Below are positions 1-10,568 of a stretch of DNA of 64,000 nucleotides, piece after piece; within the stretch, counting starts at the first letter, position 1, and every line of letters begins with the position of its first letter. The position numbers and the translations under genes are program-made. The notes beneath the pieces are model-generated. The model had not been told where the DNA came from. It searched no databases and saw only the letters and a program-made list of their open reading frames with translations. Origin of the DNA: Candidatus Omnitrophota bacterium (GTDB lineage: Bacteria > Omnitrophota > Gorgyraeia > Zapsychrales > Zapsychraceae); contig JAGQKV010000026.1 in NCBI GenBank assembly GCA_020429915.1, forward strand, positions 2,217 to 66,216, given 5' to 3'.

Positions 1-23
1 ACGACAATCCGGATCCGGACCGC

Positions 24-3000
24 ATGGCTAACCGCAGGCGACAATTCAATGTTCGCGTCGCGCTGATCACGCTCTTCGCGTGTGTTATGGGGATGGTGTG
101 TCCGCGGGCCGCCTTTACGGTCGCGCCGTGGTTTGATTCCAACTGGAATTACCGCAAACAAATTACGGTCGATGAGACTAAGGTGGCGTCCGACCTGACT
201 GATTTCCCGATGCTCATCAACCTGTCGGCCGACAGTGGCCTGGCCGGCCATGCCCAGGCGGACGGGGACGACATCCTGTTCACGGCAAGCGACGGGACCA
301 CACAGCTCGATCATGAGATCGAACGCTATGATGCCGGTACCGGCGCACTGGTCGCCTGGGTGGAGGTCCCGCTGCTGACGTCCACCACCGGGACCATCGT
401 GTATATGTATTACGGCAACGGTGCGGCCGCTAATCAGGAGAATGTCGCGGGGACCTGGTCGTCGACTTACCAGGGCGTTTGGCACATGGCGGAAGACCCG
501 TCGATTGATACCGACGGCGACTGCGGCGGCGGCACGTCCGAGGAGTGCGATTCGACCAACAATGACCTGGATGGCGAATCATTCGGTTCGATGACGAATA
601 CCGATCTGGTCACCGGGCAGATCAACGGCGCTCTTGAATTGGACGGCAATGACGATTACATCGGCGTGGCCGACAGCGGGACGTTGGATATCACCGATGA
701 CCTGTCGCTGTCGACCTGGATCCGGCCGGAACTGCAGGCGGCCGGCGGGGCGGGAAGCATCGCGGTAATGGCGGTCGAACAGCGCGTCTTCGGCGACAAG
801 CAGGGGACCATGCCGGAGATGGTGCATGTGGCGGGAGAAATTTATGCCATCGCCTACGCGGGTAACGGCAACGACGGATTCCTGACCACGATACGGGTGG
901 CCGACGACGGGACGATCACCGCCAGCGAAATCATCGATACGCTGGAATTCGACGCCATCCAGGGTCTTAATCCCGAGATTATCCCGGTCAGCGGGAACAT
1001 TTACGCGGTGGCCTATCAGGGGCAGGGCAATGACGGATTTCTGATCAGTGTGTCCATCTCCAGCGCCGGCGTCATATCGGCCGTGATCGACTCGATCGAG
1101 TTTGCTCCGGTCGACGGGATCACGCCCAAAATCGTCGAGTTGTCCACCGGGGTGTTCGCTATCGCCGTGAACGGCGGAGCCCAGGACGACGACCTCTTTA
1201 CGGTCACTATCAGCGGCGCCGGCGCGATCAGCAGCTCCCCGGTGGAGGAGATGGTCTTTGGTGACATCACCGCATTTGAGCCGGAGATAATTCACATCGC
1301 GGGCGATATTTACGCGGTTGTATTCCGCGGGTCGGCCAATGACGGTTACGTTTCTACGATTGAGATCGGCACCGACGGGACGATTCAATCCGGAACCATC
1401 ATCGATACCCTGGAGTTTGATACTTTCTATGCCGAGGATCCGGAGATCATCCTGGTCAACGGCGATGTCTACGCGATCGCGTATGAAGGGGACGGCAACG
1501 ACGGGTTCGTGACTACGGTCGAAATCGACAGCAACGGCCAGATTACCGATACGATCCTGGACACCTTTGAGTTCGATTCCACCGGTGCCGACAACGCCCA
1601 GATCGTCAATGTCACCGGTAACATCTATGCGATCGCGTACGACGCGGGGACGGGCGGTAACGACTTTGCCACGATTACCATCGCCAATGACGGCAATATC
1701 GGTCCGACCGTACTGGACCGGCTGGTCTTCGGCGATGTGCAGGCGAATGAGGCGGAGATTATCCACATTTCCGGTGATATCTATGCGGTGGTCTACCGGG
1801 GCGCGGGCAGCGACGGTTACGTGACGACGGTGGACATTTCCGCTGCGGGCAGCATCGATGCCGGGGTCATTCTCGATGTCCTGGAATTCGATACGGATAA
1901 CGCCCAAAATCCCGAGATCATCCCGGTCTCCGGTGATATTTACGCGATCGTCTACCGCGGGTCCGGGAATGACGGTTTTGTCGTGACCGTCGACATTGAT
2001 TCCGCCGGTAACATCCAGGATACTTTGGTCGATTCCGCGGAAATCGTGACGACCGACATCAACTATCCCAGCATCGTGCATATTTCAGGCGATGTCTACG
2101 CGGTCGTCTACACGGACTCGGCGAATGACGGGGTGGCGGTTACCGTGGATATCGCGGCCGACGGCACGATCACCACGCCGGTCATCGATTCCTTCGAATT
2201 CGACACGGTCAGCGGTCTGTATCCGCGGATTATTCATGTGTCCGGTGACGTCTACGCGATTGTCTACGCCGGTTCGGGCAGCGACGGGTTTATCGTCACG
2301 CTGGATATCGACACGGACGGGACCATCAACACGCCGGTTATCGATTCCTTTGAATACGATACATCTGCCGGGATATTTCCGGACATCCAAAATATCACGG
2401 GTGACATCTTTGGGGTCGTTTATCGCGGCGCCGGAAACGACGGGTTTGCCGTGACCCTGGACATCGACACGGACGGGACTATCAACACGCCGGTCATCGA
2501 CAGCCTGGAATTCGATACGACGTTTGCCAACACGCCGAAGCTGATCGATGTGACCGGCACATTGTACGCCGCCGCTTATGAGGACAGTACCGGAGACGGA
2601 CAGATCGTCACCTTTACCATCTCGAATGCCGGCGCGATATCTGCGGTGATCGACTCGTTCGAGTATGAAGTTGAAGACGGGGATGCGCCCGATCTGATCC
2701 AGGTATCCGGTACGATGTTCGCCGTGGCCTACACGTCCCAGGGGGTGGCCAAGCTCTCCACGTTCACGATTTCGAATGCCGGGACGTTCACCGGCAGCCT
2801 GGTCGACCAGGGCGGGTTCGGTTTTGGGGCCGAACACAATGACGCGGATCCCAAACTGGTGCGTCTGGCCAGCGACATGCTGGCGGTCGTCTTTACCGGG
2901 GTCGGGAATGACGGGACGATCAAGACGATACAGATCAATTCGTCCGGGGTCATCACCGACGGTTGGTTCGATTATTTTGAATACGACACCGCGCAGGGGG

Positions 3001-6000
3001 ATGACCCCGACATCATCAATCTCTCCGGGAGCGACTACGCCATCGTTCATGAAAACGGCAGCAGCGTCGGTCAGGTAACGACCCTGGATATCAACAGTGA
3101 CGGGACGATCCCCAAGGTCATCAATGATACCTTGGTGCTCAACGCCACGGCCACGGTCTTCCCCAAGATTACCAACGTCAACGGGACTTTGTATGCCGTG
3201 GTCTATGAAGACGTCGACAATGACGGCGTGATTCAAACGCTCACCATTTCGAGTGCCGGTGCGATCTCCGGCAGCGTGATCGACACCCTCGAATATGAGG
3301 TGGCGGACGGCGACACGCCGGACCTGCTGTCTATTGACAGCGACACGGTGGCCATTCCTTATGCCAAGGCTGGTGTCGCGCGCCTGGCCACGGTCGATAT
3401 CGACGGCAGCGGTATGATGGCAGCCTCCGTAACGGACATCTCCGATTTCGGTTACGGAAGCGTCCATATCGATTCGTCGCCGGAATTAATTCATATCTCA
3501 GGGGAATATTACGCGGTGATCTACGGCGGGACGAGCAACGACGGGATGATTAAGACCATTCGCCTGGATAGCAGCGGAAACGTGGTCGACGGGTTCGTCG
3601 ACTTCTTCGAGTATGCCACCGCCCAGGGGCTCGATCCGAGTGCAGTTCATGTTTCCGGCGATATTTACGCGATCACCTATCGCGGGCCGGGAAATGACGG
3701 TTTTGTGGCCACGGTCGACATCTCGGTGACCGGTACGATCCAGCAGGCGGTGGTCGATGAATGGGAATTTTCAACCACGGATATCATCACCCCGAAGATG
3801 ATTAACATTTCCGGCACCACTTACGCCATCGTGTATGAAGACGAGAACGGGGACGGTCAGCTGGTGACGCTGAGCATCTCCAATGCCGGAGCAATCACCA
3901 CGTCACTGATCGACACCTTTGAATTCGATGTCATCGACGGCGAAACACCGGAGATCATTCCGATCAGCGGGGATATTTACGCGATTGCCTACGACCGCGG
4001 AGAGTTTTCACAAATGAAGACCGTGGAAATATCCGCGGCCGGCGCTATCACGGAGCCCGCCGTCGACCGCGGCGACTACGGCGCGGGCGGGATCCATACC
4101 AATACAGGGCCGGCGCTGTTCCATCTGACCGGGGATATTTGGGGGGTCTTGTATACCGGTGTGGGCGGGGACGGTAAGATCAAGACCATGGAAATCGATG
4201 CCGCCGGGACCGTGGTGGACGGTTTCCGCGACGGTTTTGAATTTGATGAAGTGAACGGGAATCAGTTTGACTTATCCACGGTCTCGGGCGACATCTACGC
4301 GGTGGCGTACCGCGGTGATGCGAATGACGGCTTCCTGGTCACGCTGGATATCTCCACGACCGGGACGATCGCGCAGGCTGTGGTCGATTCCTGGGAGTTT
4401 TCGACCGTTGATATCCAGACGCCGCGCATTCTCAAGATTTCCGGAACGACTTATGCCATGGTTTATGAGAACAGCGCCGGCGCCGGGCAATTGGTCACCT
4501 TGACCATCGCCAATGACGGTTCCATCACGACGTCGTTTATCGACACGCTGACGTTTGACGCCAGCGTCGGCGATACGCCTACCATAATGAATGTCTCCGG
4601 GGACATCTATGCCATAGCCTACAGCGGGGTGGACACGGACGGCTTCCTTGTGACCGTGGATATCGACGCGGCCGGAAACATAACCCCGGTCATCGATACG
4701 TTTGAATTCGACGGGACGGAGGCGCAGACTCCTGAATTGGTTTCGATCACCGGCACCATGGTGGCGGTCGCCTATGATGGGTCGGGCAATGACGGGTTCG
4801 TGTCGACAATCGGTATCGACGCGGCCGGAAATATTGACGCCGCGGTCACCGACACCCTCGAGTTCGATGCGGGGCAGGGTGAGACGCCGGAAATTCGCTA
4901 CCTGGGCAGCGATATCTATGTGATTGCCTACTCCGGGCCCGCGGATGACGGCTTCCTGGTCACCGTCTCTATCGCGTCCGACGGCAATATCGGTCCCGCC
5001 GTGCTCGATTCTCTGGAATTCGACGATCAGAATGCGTTGACGCCTTCGGTACGGACTCTCGGCGACAGCAAGGTCATCATTGCTTATGACGGGGTCGACG
5101 GGGTGACAGGGTACGATCTGCAGATTATCGATGTGCTCTCAGACGCCAATCGCGGGATCTATAAAGGCAATGCTTATCAGATCGACGGCACCAGCGGCAC
5201 CATCTTCGCGACGATCAATACCACGACCATCACCGGTACCAGTACGGTGTCCGGCGCCGACTGGGAACACGTGGTCCTGACCTATGACCGCGACGCCGGC
5301 AGTAATCAGATGAAGCTGTACCTGAGCGGTTCGCTGGCCATAGCCACCGGGTTGACGGATTTCATCAATACGAACAGCGGCTCTTTCAACATCGGTGAGG
5401 CGTTCTTCGGCGGAGTGGACGAAGTGCGCATCGCCGACGGTGCCGTCCTGTCGGCCGACTGGATCGCCACCGAATTCGCCAACCAGAATGATCCCGATAC
5501 GTTCTACACCCTCGGACCGGAGCGGGTGGAAGGGATCAAGACCTGGGGAGACGGAACAAACGTCCCGCCCACCGGGTTCTGGAATGTCGGGGCCAACTGG
5601 ACTGGCAATACCGTTCCGACCGGTGTGGACCTGGTCAACTTCGATGATACCGCTGTCACTGACTGTGTGGTCGATGTGACGGTCGACATCGCGGGTCTCG
5701 ACATCAATACCGGTTATACCGGGTCGATCATCCAGGGATCCAATGTGATCACCATCGGCACCTTCGGATTCAATCAGGCCGACGGGACCTTTACCGGCGG
5801 TGACGCGGATATCGACGTCAACGGAGCGTTCATTCTCAACACCGGGACATTCACCGCGACCAGCGGCACGCTCGCCGTGGCCGAGGACTTCACAATTCTG
5901 ACCAACGGGACCTTTGCTGACAACGGCGGGACCGTAGCGATCGAAGGCTCGATGGATATGAGTGTGACGACCAACGGCGCGACCTTCCATCACCTGACCT

Positions 6001-9000
6001 TCAACAAGATCACGGGTCCGGCGGCGACCGTCACCTTGGAGGACAGCTTCACCGTTCGGCGATTGCTAACCGTGGATAAGGCGGATGCGGATAACTTCAT
6101 CATAACGCCCAACGGAACGCTGACCATCACGGCCCAGGGTTCCTTCGCCATGGCCAACACCAGCGGAAGCGGCAACCTGACCTTCGGTACTTCAGACATG
6201 CTTCTCGATCTGTCCGGGACGCTGGACCAGGATATCACCCAGACCGCGGGGACCTTTGCCGCCGCTTTTGAGAATATCCGGACGACAGGCGTTACCATGT
6301 TGCAGTCCGCATTCACCACCGTCGGCAGCGGGGCGGATTGTACGTTGGTAGAAGGGGTGTTCGCGCTCAACGGCTTTGACTTCACCTGCGGCGGAGACTT
6401 TACCGTGGAGGACGGAGTGACCTTGCGGCTGGACGGAACGGAAACCGTGAGCACGCCCGCGATCAGCCCGACGTCCACGGTCGAGTATGTAGGCACGACC
6501 GCGCTCGGAGTGTTGCAAGCGTGGGACTATGACTTTTTGGTGATCAACGGCACCGGCGGTACCGTGACACAGCAAACGGATGTGGCCGTCGCTGCGGACG
6601 TGACCATCAGCGCGGGGACACTGGACGTCAACGGTTATGAGTTGGCGGTCTCCGGATCGATGGACATCGACGGCGCCCTCGACGCCTCACCGGGCAGCGG
6701 CGGGGATTCACGGATTATCGTGGGGGCGGATTGGGATGCCGCCGGCGGAACGTTCACGCAAACCGATTCTACGGTCATGTTTGTGACCACGACCACGGCC
6801 GGCATTACCTCCGCCGGGGAGGCGTTCGATAACATTGTGATCAACGACGGGCTTATCGGCTACTGGAAGTTTGATGACACGGTGACGTCCTCGGCCGACT
6901 CCAGCGGTTACGGGCATACCGGATCATGGTCGGGTAACCCGTCGCCGTCGACCGACCGGCCGCTGCTTAAGATGCGCAACCGGTACAGTCTGGATTTCAA
7001 CGGTTCCACCGACTTCATTAATGCAGGGGATCAGGATATTTACCGCGGTCTGGATGAATTGACCTTATCGGTTTGGGTCAAGCAAAGCGCGACCGGTCCG
7101 AACCAGGCGGTCATCGGCCACTGGGGCAACACCACACCCCGGGACAGCCGCAAGTTCCTGATCCGCATCAATGACGGTGACATCCAGGGGTTTGTGTATA
7201 CGACACAACCGGCTCAGGAAGGCGGGACCTTCTCGACCACCGACCTGACCGATGCCTGGCACCATTTGGCGCTCACCTGGGACGGATCGACTTTACGCAT
7301 GTACATCGACGGCGCGGTCAGCGGCACCACTTTCTCCGGATCGGGCGCGCTCAATGACACGTCTCAGAATAATTTCTATATCGGTAACGATGAAGGCGGT
7401 TCCGGGACCTTCTTCAACGGGTTGCTCGATGACGTGCGCGTCTATGACCGCGCCCTGACGGCCACGGAGATCGGGAAACTGGCCGACGGCCGTCATCCGT
7501 TGACGTCGCTGGGTACCGTGACCTTGCAGGACGCGTTGGATGTGGACGGCACGTTATTCCTTAACGCCGGCGCGCTGAACACCGGCAGTGACCGGGCAAT
7601 CACCGTGGCCACGGGCTGGGAAAATAACGGCGGAGTCTTCCTGGCCAATACCGGGACGGTCACCTTTGACGGCGGAGATCAGGCCATCCCGGGATCCGAG
7701 ACGTTCTATAACTTCGAGATGTCCGTGACATCGACCGGGACACTCACCTTCGGGAAACGTTCGGTGACCGCCACGACCGGGACGCTCACGTTGCAGGGGG
7801 CGGCCGGAAACCTGCTGGCGTTGCGCAGTTCGGAGGATGCGATACGCTCCGAGATCAATCCCGCCGGCGGCCGGGTGATCGGATTCCTGGATGTTCATGA
7901 TAATTCCAATATCAGCGGGGCCGTGATCGACTGTACCAACAATTGTACGGACTCGGGGAACAATATTGAGTGGGACTTCGGCGGCGGCACCAACACCCTG
8001 AGCGGAACGCTTTACACGGACGAGGGGATTACGCCGTTGACCAGCACGAACTTGGCCGTTTCCATCGACGGGGATACGGCGATACTCACGGCGACGTCCA
8101 ACGCGGTCACCGGGACGTTCCTGATCAATTACACGGCGTCCAGCATCACGGCAGGCGACATCTTAACCTTCTATATCGATGGTGAGACCGAGAAGGGCGT
8201 CACTGTGACCATTTCAGACGGCCATTCGTTGGCCGGCATTCCGATTTATCAAAATTATCTCATCGTGCGCAGCGAAAACGGGCCGAGTCTGACGACGAAT
8301 GATCTGGACGTGGCGAATAACAGCGGGGACGCGGACATCGCTGCCATTTACACCATGACCGGCAGTCTGTTGTTTATGGAATCGGGCACGGAGTTGTTCA
8401 TCCCGTCCGGAGAAACCTTGGCGCCGGACGCGACCATCCGGGTCCACGACATCGACATCAACGGGACGTTGAGCATGAACAGTCTGACGGTGTTCGTGGA
8501 CGGGTCGTGGGACGCGAGTAGCGGTACGTATAGCCAGTCCGCCGCCGGGGTCGTCTTCACCGGGACCGGAACGGAGTCCATCACTGCCGCCAGTCAGTCG
8601 TTCTACGATATGTACTTTAATAACGGCCTGATGGCTTATTGGCGCTTTGAGGAGAGCAGTTCGCCGGCCGTTGACAGCAGCGGCCGCGGCAATCACGGGG
8701 TCTGGAATTCCGACACGGCTTCATCGGCGGACGTCCCGGCCCTGAATTTTACCAATGACCGGTCGATCGAATTCTTTGGGGATGACGATTATGTGGATAT
8801 CATCGATTCACAGGTCGCCGGCCGCGACTTTAAGAATCTCGGCAGCAACAACAACTACACATTGGCCGCGTGGATTCAAACCACCGGCGGCACCGGATCA
8901 GGGACCACCTGGACCGTTAATGCCGTGGTTGTCGAGTTGGGTTCGGAAGGTGCCAGCGCGACCCGTGTGCCGTTCAGTTTCGGGGTGGATTCGGATTTTG

Positions 9001-9860
9001 TAGCGCTCGGACGCACGGCGAACTACACGACATCCGATGAGATCGAAGTTGGGTCCGTAGCCGTCAACGACGGAACGTGGCACCATATCGCCGCCGTTGT
9101 CATGGGCGATACGGTTGATTTCTATGTGGACGGGACCTTCGACGTCTCGCGGACATTCACGGTGGCCACCGGAGACGTGTCGACCAATAACCGGACCGTC
9201 AACTTCCAGATCGGTGTCGGCGCGACGAACTTCGGGGTCAAGAATTTGAGTGATTTTAACGGTCTGATTGATGATGTCCGGATCTATTCGCGGGCGATCT
9301 CGGCCGCGGAGGTCCGCATGCTGGCCGACGGGTATCATGACGGGAACAATCTGGGGATGTGGTCGTTGAATGATGATCTGGACATCAACAACAACTTTAC
9401 GCTGTTCGACGGGACCGTGTCGGCCGGTACCCGTGACATCACCATCGCCGGTGACTGGCAAAACTTCGGCGGCCAGTTCAGTCCGGGTACCGGCCGGGTG
9501 ACTTTTGACGGGACGGCGCAGGCCATCCCGGCTTCGTCCACTTTCTATCAGTTCGACAAGACAGTGGCGGCCACGGATACCCTGACCTTCGGGGAAGGAT
9601 CGACCCTGGTGGTCACCGGATCGGTGCGGATGCAGGGTGCATCCGGCAACTTGTTATTGCTGCGCTCATCAGACAGCGGGACGCAGTGGCGTATTACCCC
9701 GCCGGCGACCAAGCCAATTCGTTTTGTGAATGTCCAAGACTCATTCAATACCTCGCCGAGTGACATCAACCCGGCCGACTCGGTCGATAGCGGTAATAAT
9801 GTCCGCTGGTTCCCGACCCGGACCGGTCCGCTGAAGGGGGCGATCATCTTCGTTGACTAG
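24..9860 (+). CDS. Giant secreted surface protein (3278 aa): N-terminal signal peptide, DUF2341-like domain, several LamG/concanavalin-A-like domains, about 21 tandem 68-aa repeats and Gly/Thr-rich beta-helix-like segments. It resembles an MshQ-like adhesin.
   Basis: Uninterrupted 9.8-kb ORF with no competing long ORFs except antisense junk. N-terminus MANRRRQFNVRVALITLFACVMGMV is signal-like. LamG-type motifs recur (DDVRVYDRALTATEI, DDVRIYSRAISAAEV, SADWIATEF). Repeat consensus is PEIIhvSGDIYAvvYrGsGNDGFv.TvDI...G.I...vIDs.EFD. Confidence 0.75.
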   Translation: MANRRRQFNVRVALITLFACVMGMVCPRAAFTVAPWFDSNWNYRKQITVDETKVASDLTDFPMLINLSADSGLAGHAQADGDDILFTASDGTTQLDHEIERYDAGTGALVAWVEVPLLTSTTGTIVYMYYGNGAAANQENVAGTWSSTYQGVWHMAEDPSIDTDGDCGGGTSEECDSTNNDLDGESFGSMTNTDLVTGQINGALELDGNDDYIGVADSGTLDITDDLSLSTWIRPELQAAGGAGSIAVMAVEQRVFGDKQGTMPEMVHVAGEIYAIAYAGNGNDGFLTTIRVADDGTITASEIIDTLEFDAIQGLNPEIIPVSGNIYAVAYQGQGNDGFLISVSISSAGVISAVIDSIEFAPVDGITPKIVELSTGVFAIAVNGGAQDDDLFTVTISGAGAISSSPVEEMVFGDITAFEPEIIHIAGDIYAVVFRGSANDGYVSTIEIGTDGTIQSGTIIDTLEFDTFYAEDPEIILVNGDVYAIAYEGDGNDGFVTTVEIDSNGQITDTILDTFEFDSTGADNAQIVNVTGNIYAIAYDAGTGGNDFATITIANDGNIGPTVLDRLVFGDVQANEAEIIHISGDIYAVVYRGAGSDGYVTTVDISAAGSIDAGVILDVLEFDTDNAQNPEIIPVSGDIYAIVYRGSGNDGFVVTVDIDSAGNIQDTLVDSAEIVTTDINYPSIVHISGDVYAVVYTDSANDGVAVTVDIAADGTITTPVIDSFEFDTVSGLYPRIIHVSGDVYAIVYAGSGSDGFIVTLDIDTDGTINTPVIDSFEYDTSAGIFPDIQNITGDIFGVVYRGAGNDGFAVTLDIDTDGTINTPVIDSLEFDTTFANTPKLIDVTGTLYAAAYEDSTGDGQIVTFTISNAGAISAVIDSFEYEVEDGDAPDLIQVSGTMFAVAYTSQGVAKLSTFTISNAGTFTGSLVDQGGFGFGAEHNDADPKLVRLASDMLAVVFTGVGNDGTIKTIQINSSGVITDGWFDYFEYDTAQGDDPDIINLSGSDYAIVHENGSSVGQVTTLDINSDGTIPKVINDTLVLNATATVFPKITNVNGTLYAVVYEDVDNDGVIQTLTISSAGAISGSVIDTLEYEVADGDTPDLLSIDSDTVAIPYAKAGVARLATVDIDGSGMMAASVTDISDFGYGSVHIDSSPELIHISGEYYAVIYGGTSNDGMIKTIRLDSSGNVVDGFVDFFEYATAQGLDPSAVHVSGDIYAITYRGPGNDGFVATVDISVTGTIQQAVVDEWEFSTTDIITPKMINISGTTYAIVYEDENGDGQLVTLSISNAGAITTSLIDTFEFDVIDGETPEIIPISGDIYAIAYDRGEFSQMKTVEISAAGAITEPAVDRGDYGAGGIHTNTGPALFHLTGDIWGVLYTGVGGDGKIKTMEIDAAGTVVDGFRDGFEFDEVNGNQFDLSTVSGDIYAVAYRGDANDGFLVTLDISTTGTIAQAVVDSWEFSTVDIQTPRILKISGTTYAMVYENSAGAGQLVTLTIANDGSITTSFIDTLTFDASVGDTPTIMNVSGDIYAIAYSGVDTDGFLVTVDIDAAGNITPVIDTFEFDGTEAQTPELVSITGTMVAVAYDGSGNDGFVSTIGIDAAGNIDAAVTDTLEFDAGQGETPEIRYLGSDIYVIAYSGPADDGFLVTVSIASDGNIGPAVLDSLEFDDQNALTPSVRTLGDSKVIIAYDGVDGVTGYDLQIIDVLSDANRGIYKGNAYQIDGTSGTIFATINTTTITGTSTVSGADWEHVVLTYDRDAGSNQMKLYLSGSLAIATGLTDFINTNSGSFNIGEAFFGGVDEVRIADGAVLSADWIATEFANQNDPDTFYTLGPERVEGIKTWGDGTNVPPTGFWNVGANWTGNTVPTGVDLVNFDDTAVTDCVVDVTVDIAGLDINTGYTGSIIQGSNVITIGTFGFNQADGTFTGGDADIDVNGAFILNTGTFTATSGTLAVAEDFTILTNGTFADNGGTVAIEGSMDMSVTTNGATFHHLTFNKITGPAATVTLEDSFTVRRLLTVDKADADNFIITPNGTLTITAQGSFAMANTSGSGNLTFGTSDMLLDLSGTLDQDITQTAGTFAAAFENIRTTGVTMLQSAFTTVGSGADCTLVEGVFALNGFDFTCGGDFTVEDGVTLRLDGTETVSTPAISPTSTVEYVGTTALGVLQAWDYDFLVINGTGGTVTQQTDVAVAADVTISAGTLDVNGYELAVSGSMDIDGALDASPGSGGDSRIIVGADWDAAGGTFTQTDSTVMFVTTTTAGITSAGEAFDNIVINDGLIGYWKFDDTVTSSADSSGYGHTGSWSGNPSPSTDRPLLKMRNRYSLDFNGSTDFINAGDQDIYRGLDELTLSVWVKQSATGPNQAVIGHWGNTTPRDSRKFLIRINDGDIQGFVYTTQPAQEGGTFSTTDLTDAWHHLALTWDGSTLRMYIDGAVSGTTFSGSGALNDTSQNNFYIGNDEGGSGTFFNGLLDDVRVYDRALTATEIGKLADGRHPLTSLGTVTLQDALDVDGTLFLNAGALNTGSDRAITVATGWENNGGVFLANTGTVTFDGGDQAIPGSETFYNFEMSVTSTGTLTFGKRSVTATTGTLTLQGAAGNLLALRSSEDAIRSEINPAGGRVIGFLDVHDNSNISGAVIDCTNNCTDSGNNIEWDFGGGTNTLSGTLYTDEGITPLTSTNLAVSIDGDTAILTATSNAVTGTFLINYTASSITAGDILTFYIDGETEKGVTVTISDGHSLAGIPIYQNYLIVRSENGPSLTTNDLDVANNSGDADIAAIYTMTGSLLFMESGTELFIPSGETLAPDATIRVHDIDINGTLSMNSLTVFVDGSWDASSGTYSQSAAGVVFTGTGTESITAASQSFYDMYFNNGLMAYWRFEESSSPAVDSSGRGNHGVWNSDTASSADVPALNFTNDRSIEFFGDDDYVDIIDSQVAGRDFKNLGSNNNYTLAAWIQTTGGTGSGTTWTVNAVVVELGSEGASATRVPFSFGVDSDFVALGRTANYTTSDEIEVGSVAVNDGTWHHIAAVVMGDTVDFYVDGTFDVSRTFTVATGDVSTNNRTVNFQIGVGATNFGVKNLSDFNGLIDDVRIYSRAISAAEVRMLADGYHDGNNLGMWSLNDDLDINNNFTLFDGTVSAGTRDITIAGDWQNFGGQFSPGTGRVTFDGTAQAIPASSTFYQFDKTVAATDTLTFGEGSTLVVTGSVRMQGASGNLLLLRSSDSGTQWRITPPATKPIRFVNVQDSFNTSPSDINPADSVDSGNNVRWFPTRTGPLKGAIIFVD
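774..5100 (+). repeat. Array of about 21 tandem, divergent coding repeats of about 204 bp (68 aa) inside the giant CDS
   Basis: The motif SGDIYA[IV]xY.G.GNDGF recurs at a regular spacing of about 68 aa through residues 250-1690 of the translated ORF. Confidence 0.7.
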
Positions 9861-9978
9861 CACCCGGCGTATCATGTACATTCATATATATAATGCATAC
9901 CTGTCCGCCGGACGTTGACCACAGACGGCGTTGTGACAAAGTGCAATTCGCAAAGATACCAAATCAGGGAGAAGGCAT

Positions 9979-10539
9979 ATGAAAAACAGTTTCTTTGTGT
10001 CATGGATATTGGCAGGCGTACTGGCCTCGGCCGCCTTACCGGCGCGGGCCGCTGAAGGGGCGAACGTCCATTCCTTTGCCATGGAGAATATGGACGGCGA
10101 ACAGGTCAGTCTGTCGCAATATAAAGGGAAGGCGCTGTTGATCGTGAATACGGCCTCCCGCTGTGGATACACGCCGCAGTATGCCTCGCTGGAACAGCTG
10201 TACCAGAAATACAAAGACCGCGGCTTTGAAGTGCTGGCCTTTCCCGCCAATAATTTCGGCGGACAGGAGCCCGGGTCCAATGAGCAGATTCAGGAGTTCT
10301 GTCTGATAAAGTACCGCACCACGTTCCCGCTGTTTGCCAAGAGCAGTGTGAAGGGCGCGGACATCAACCCGCTGTACGCCTACCTGACCGCCGACAGCCC
10401 TTTCAGCGGACCGATCAAATGGAACTTCAATAAGTTTCTGGTGGACCCCGCCGGGGAGGTGGTAGCGCGGTATGATTCGCCGGTGGACCCGTTGTCCGAC
10501 CAAATCGTCACCAAGTTGGAAACAATCCTGCCCCAATAA
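9979..10539 (+). CDS. Glutathione peroxidase family protein (Cys-type, with signal peptide)
   Basis: GPx motifs LIVNTASRCGYTPQY and LAFPANNFGGQEPG and WNFNKFLVD are present. The N-terminal hydrophobic signal is MKNSFFVSWILAGVLASAALPARA. Confidence 0.9.
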   Translation: MKNSFFVSWILAGVLASAALPARAAEGANVHSFAMENMDGEQVSLSQYKGKALLIVNTASRCGYTPQYASLEQLYQKYKDRGFEVLAFPANNFGGQEPGSNEQIQEFCLIKYRTTFPLFAKSSVKGADINPLYAYLTADSPFSGPIKWNFNKFLVDPAGEVVARYDSPVDPLSDQIVTKLETILPQ

Positions 10540-10568
10540 CATAAATTCTCACCGTAAAGGAGATACCC

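Noticed and set aside
467-9847. Numerous 60-500 aa ORFs on the minus strand and in off-frames inside the giant gene (for example 579-2081, 2085-3467, 5139-5993, 8898-9461)
   Set aside because: They are antisense or alternate-frame artefacts of a GC-rich, repeat-rich coding region. Their translations are Arg/Gly/Asp-rich junk without motifs, and the + frame is one continuous protein-like ORF.
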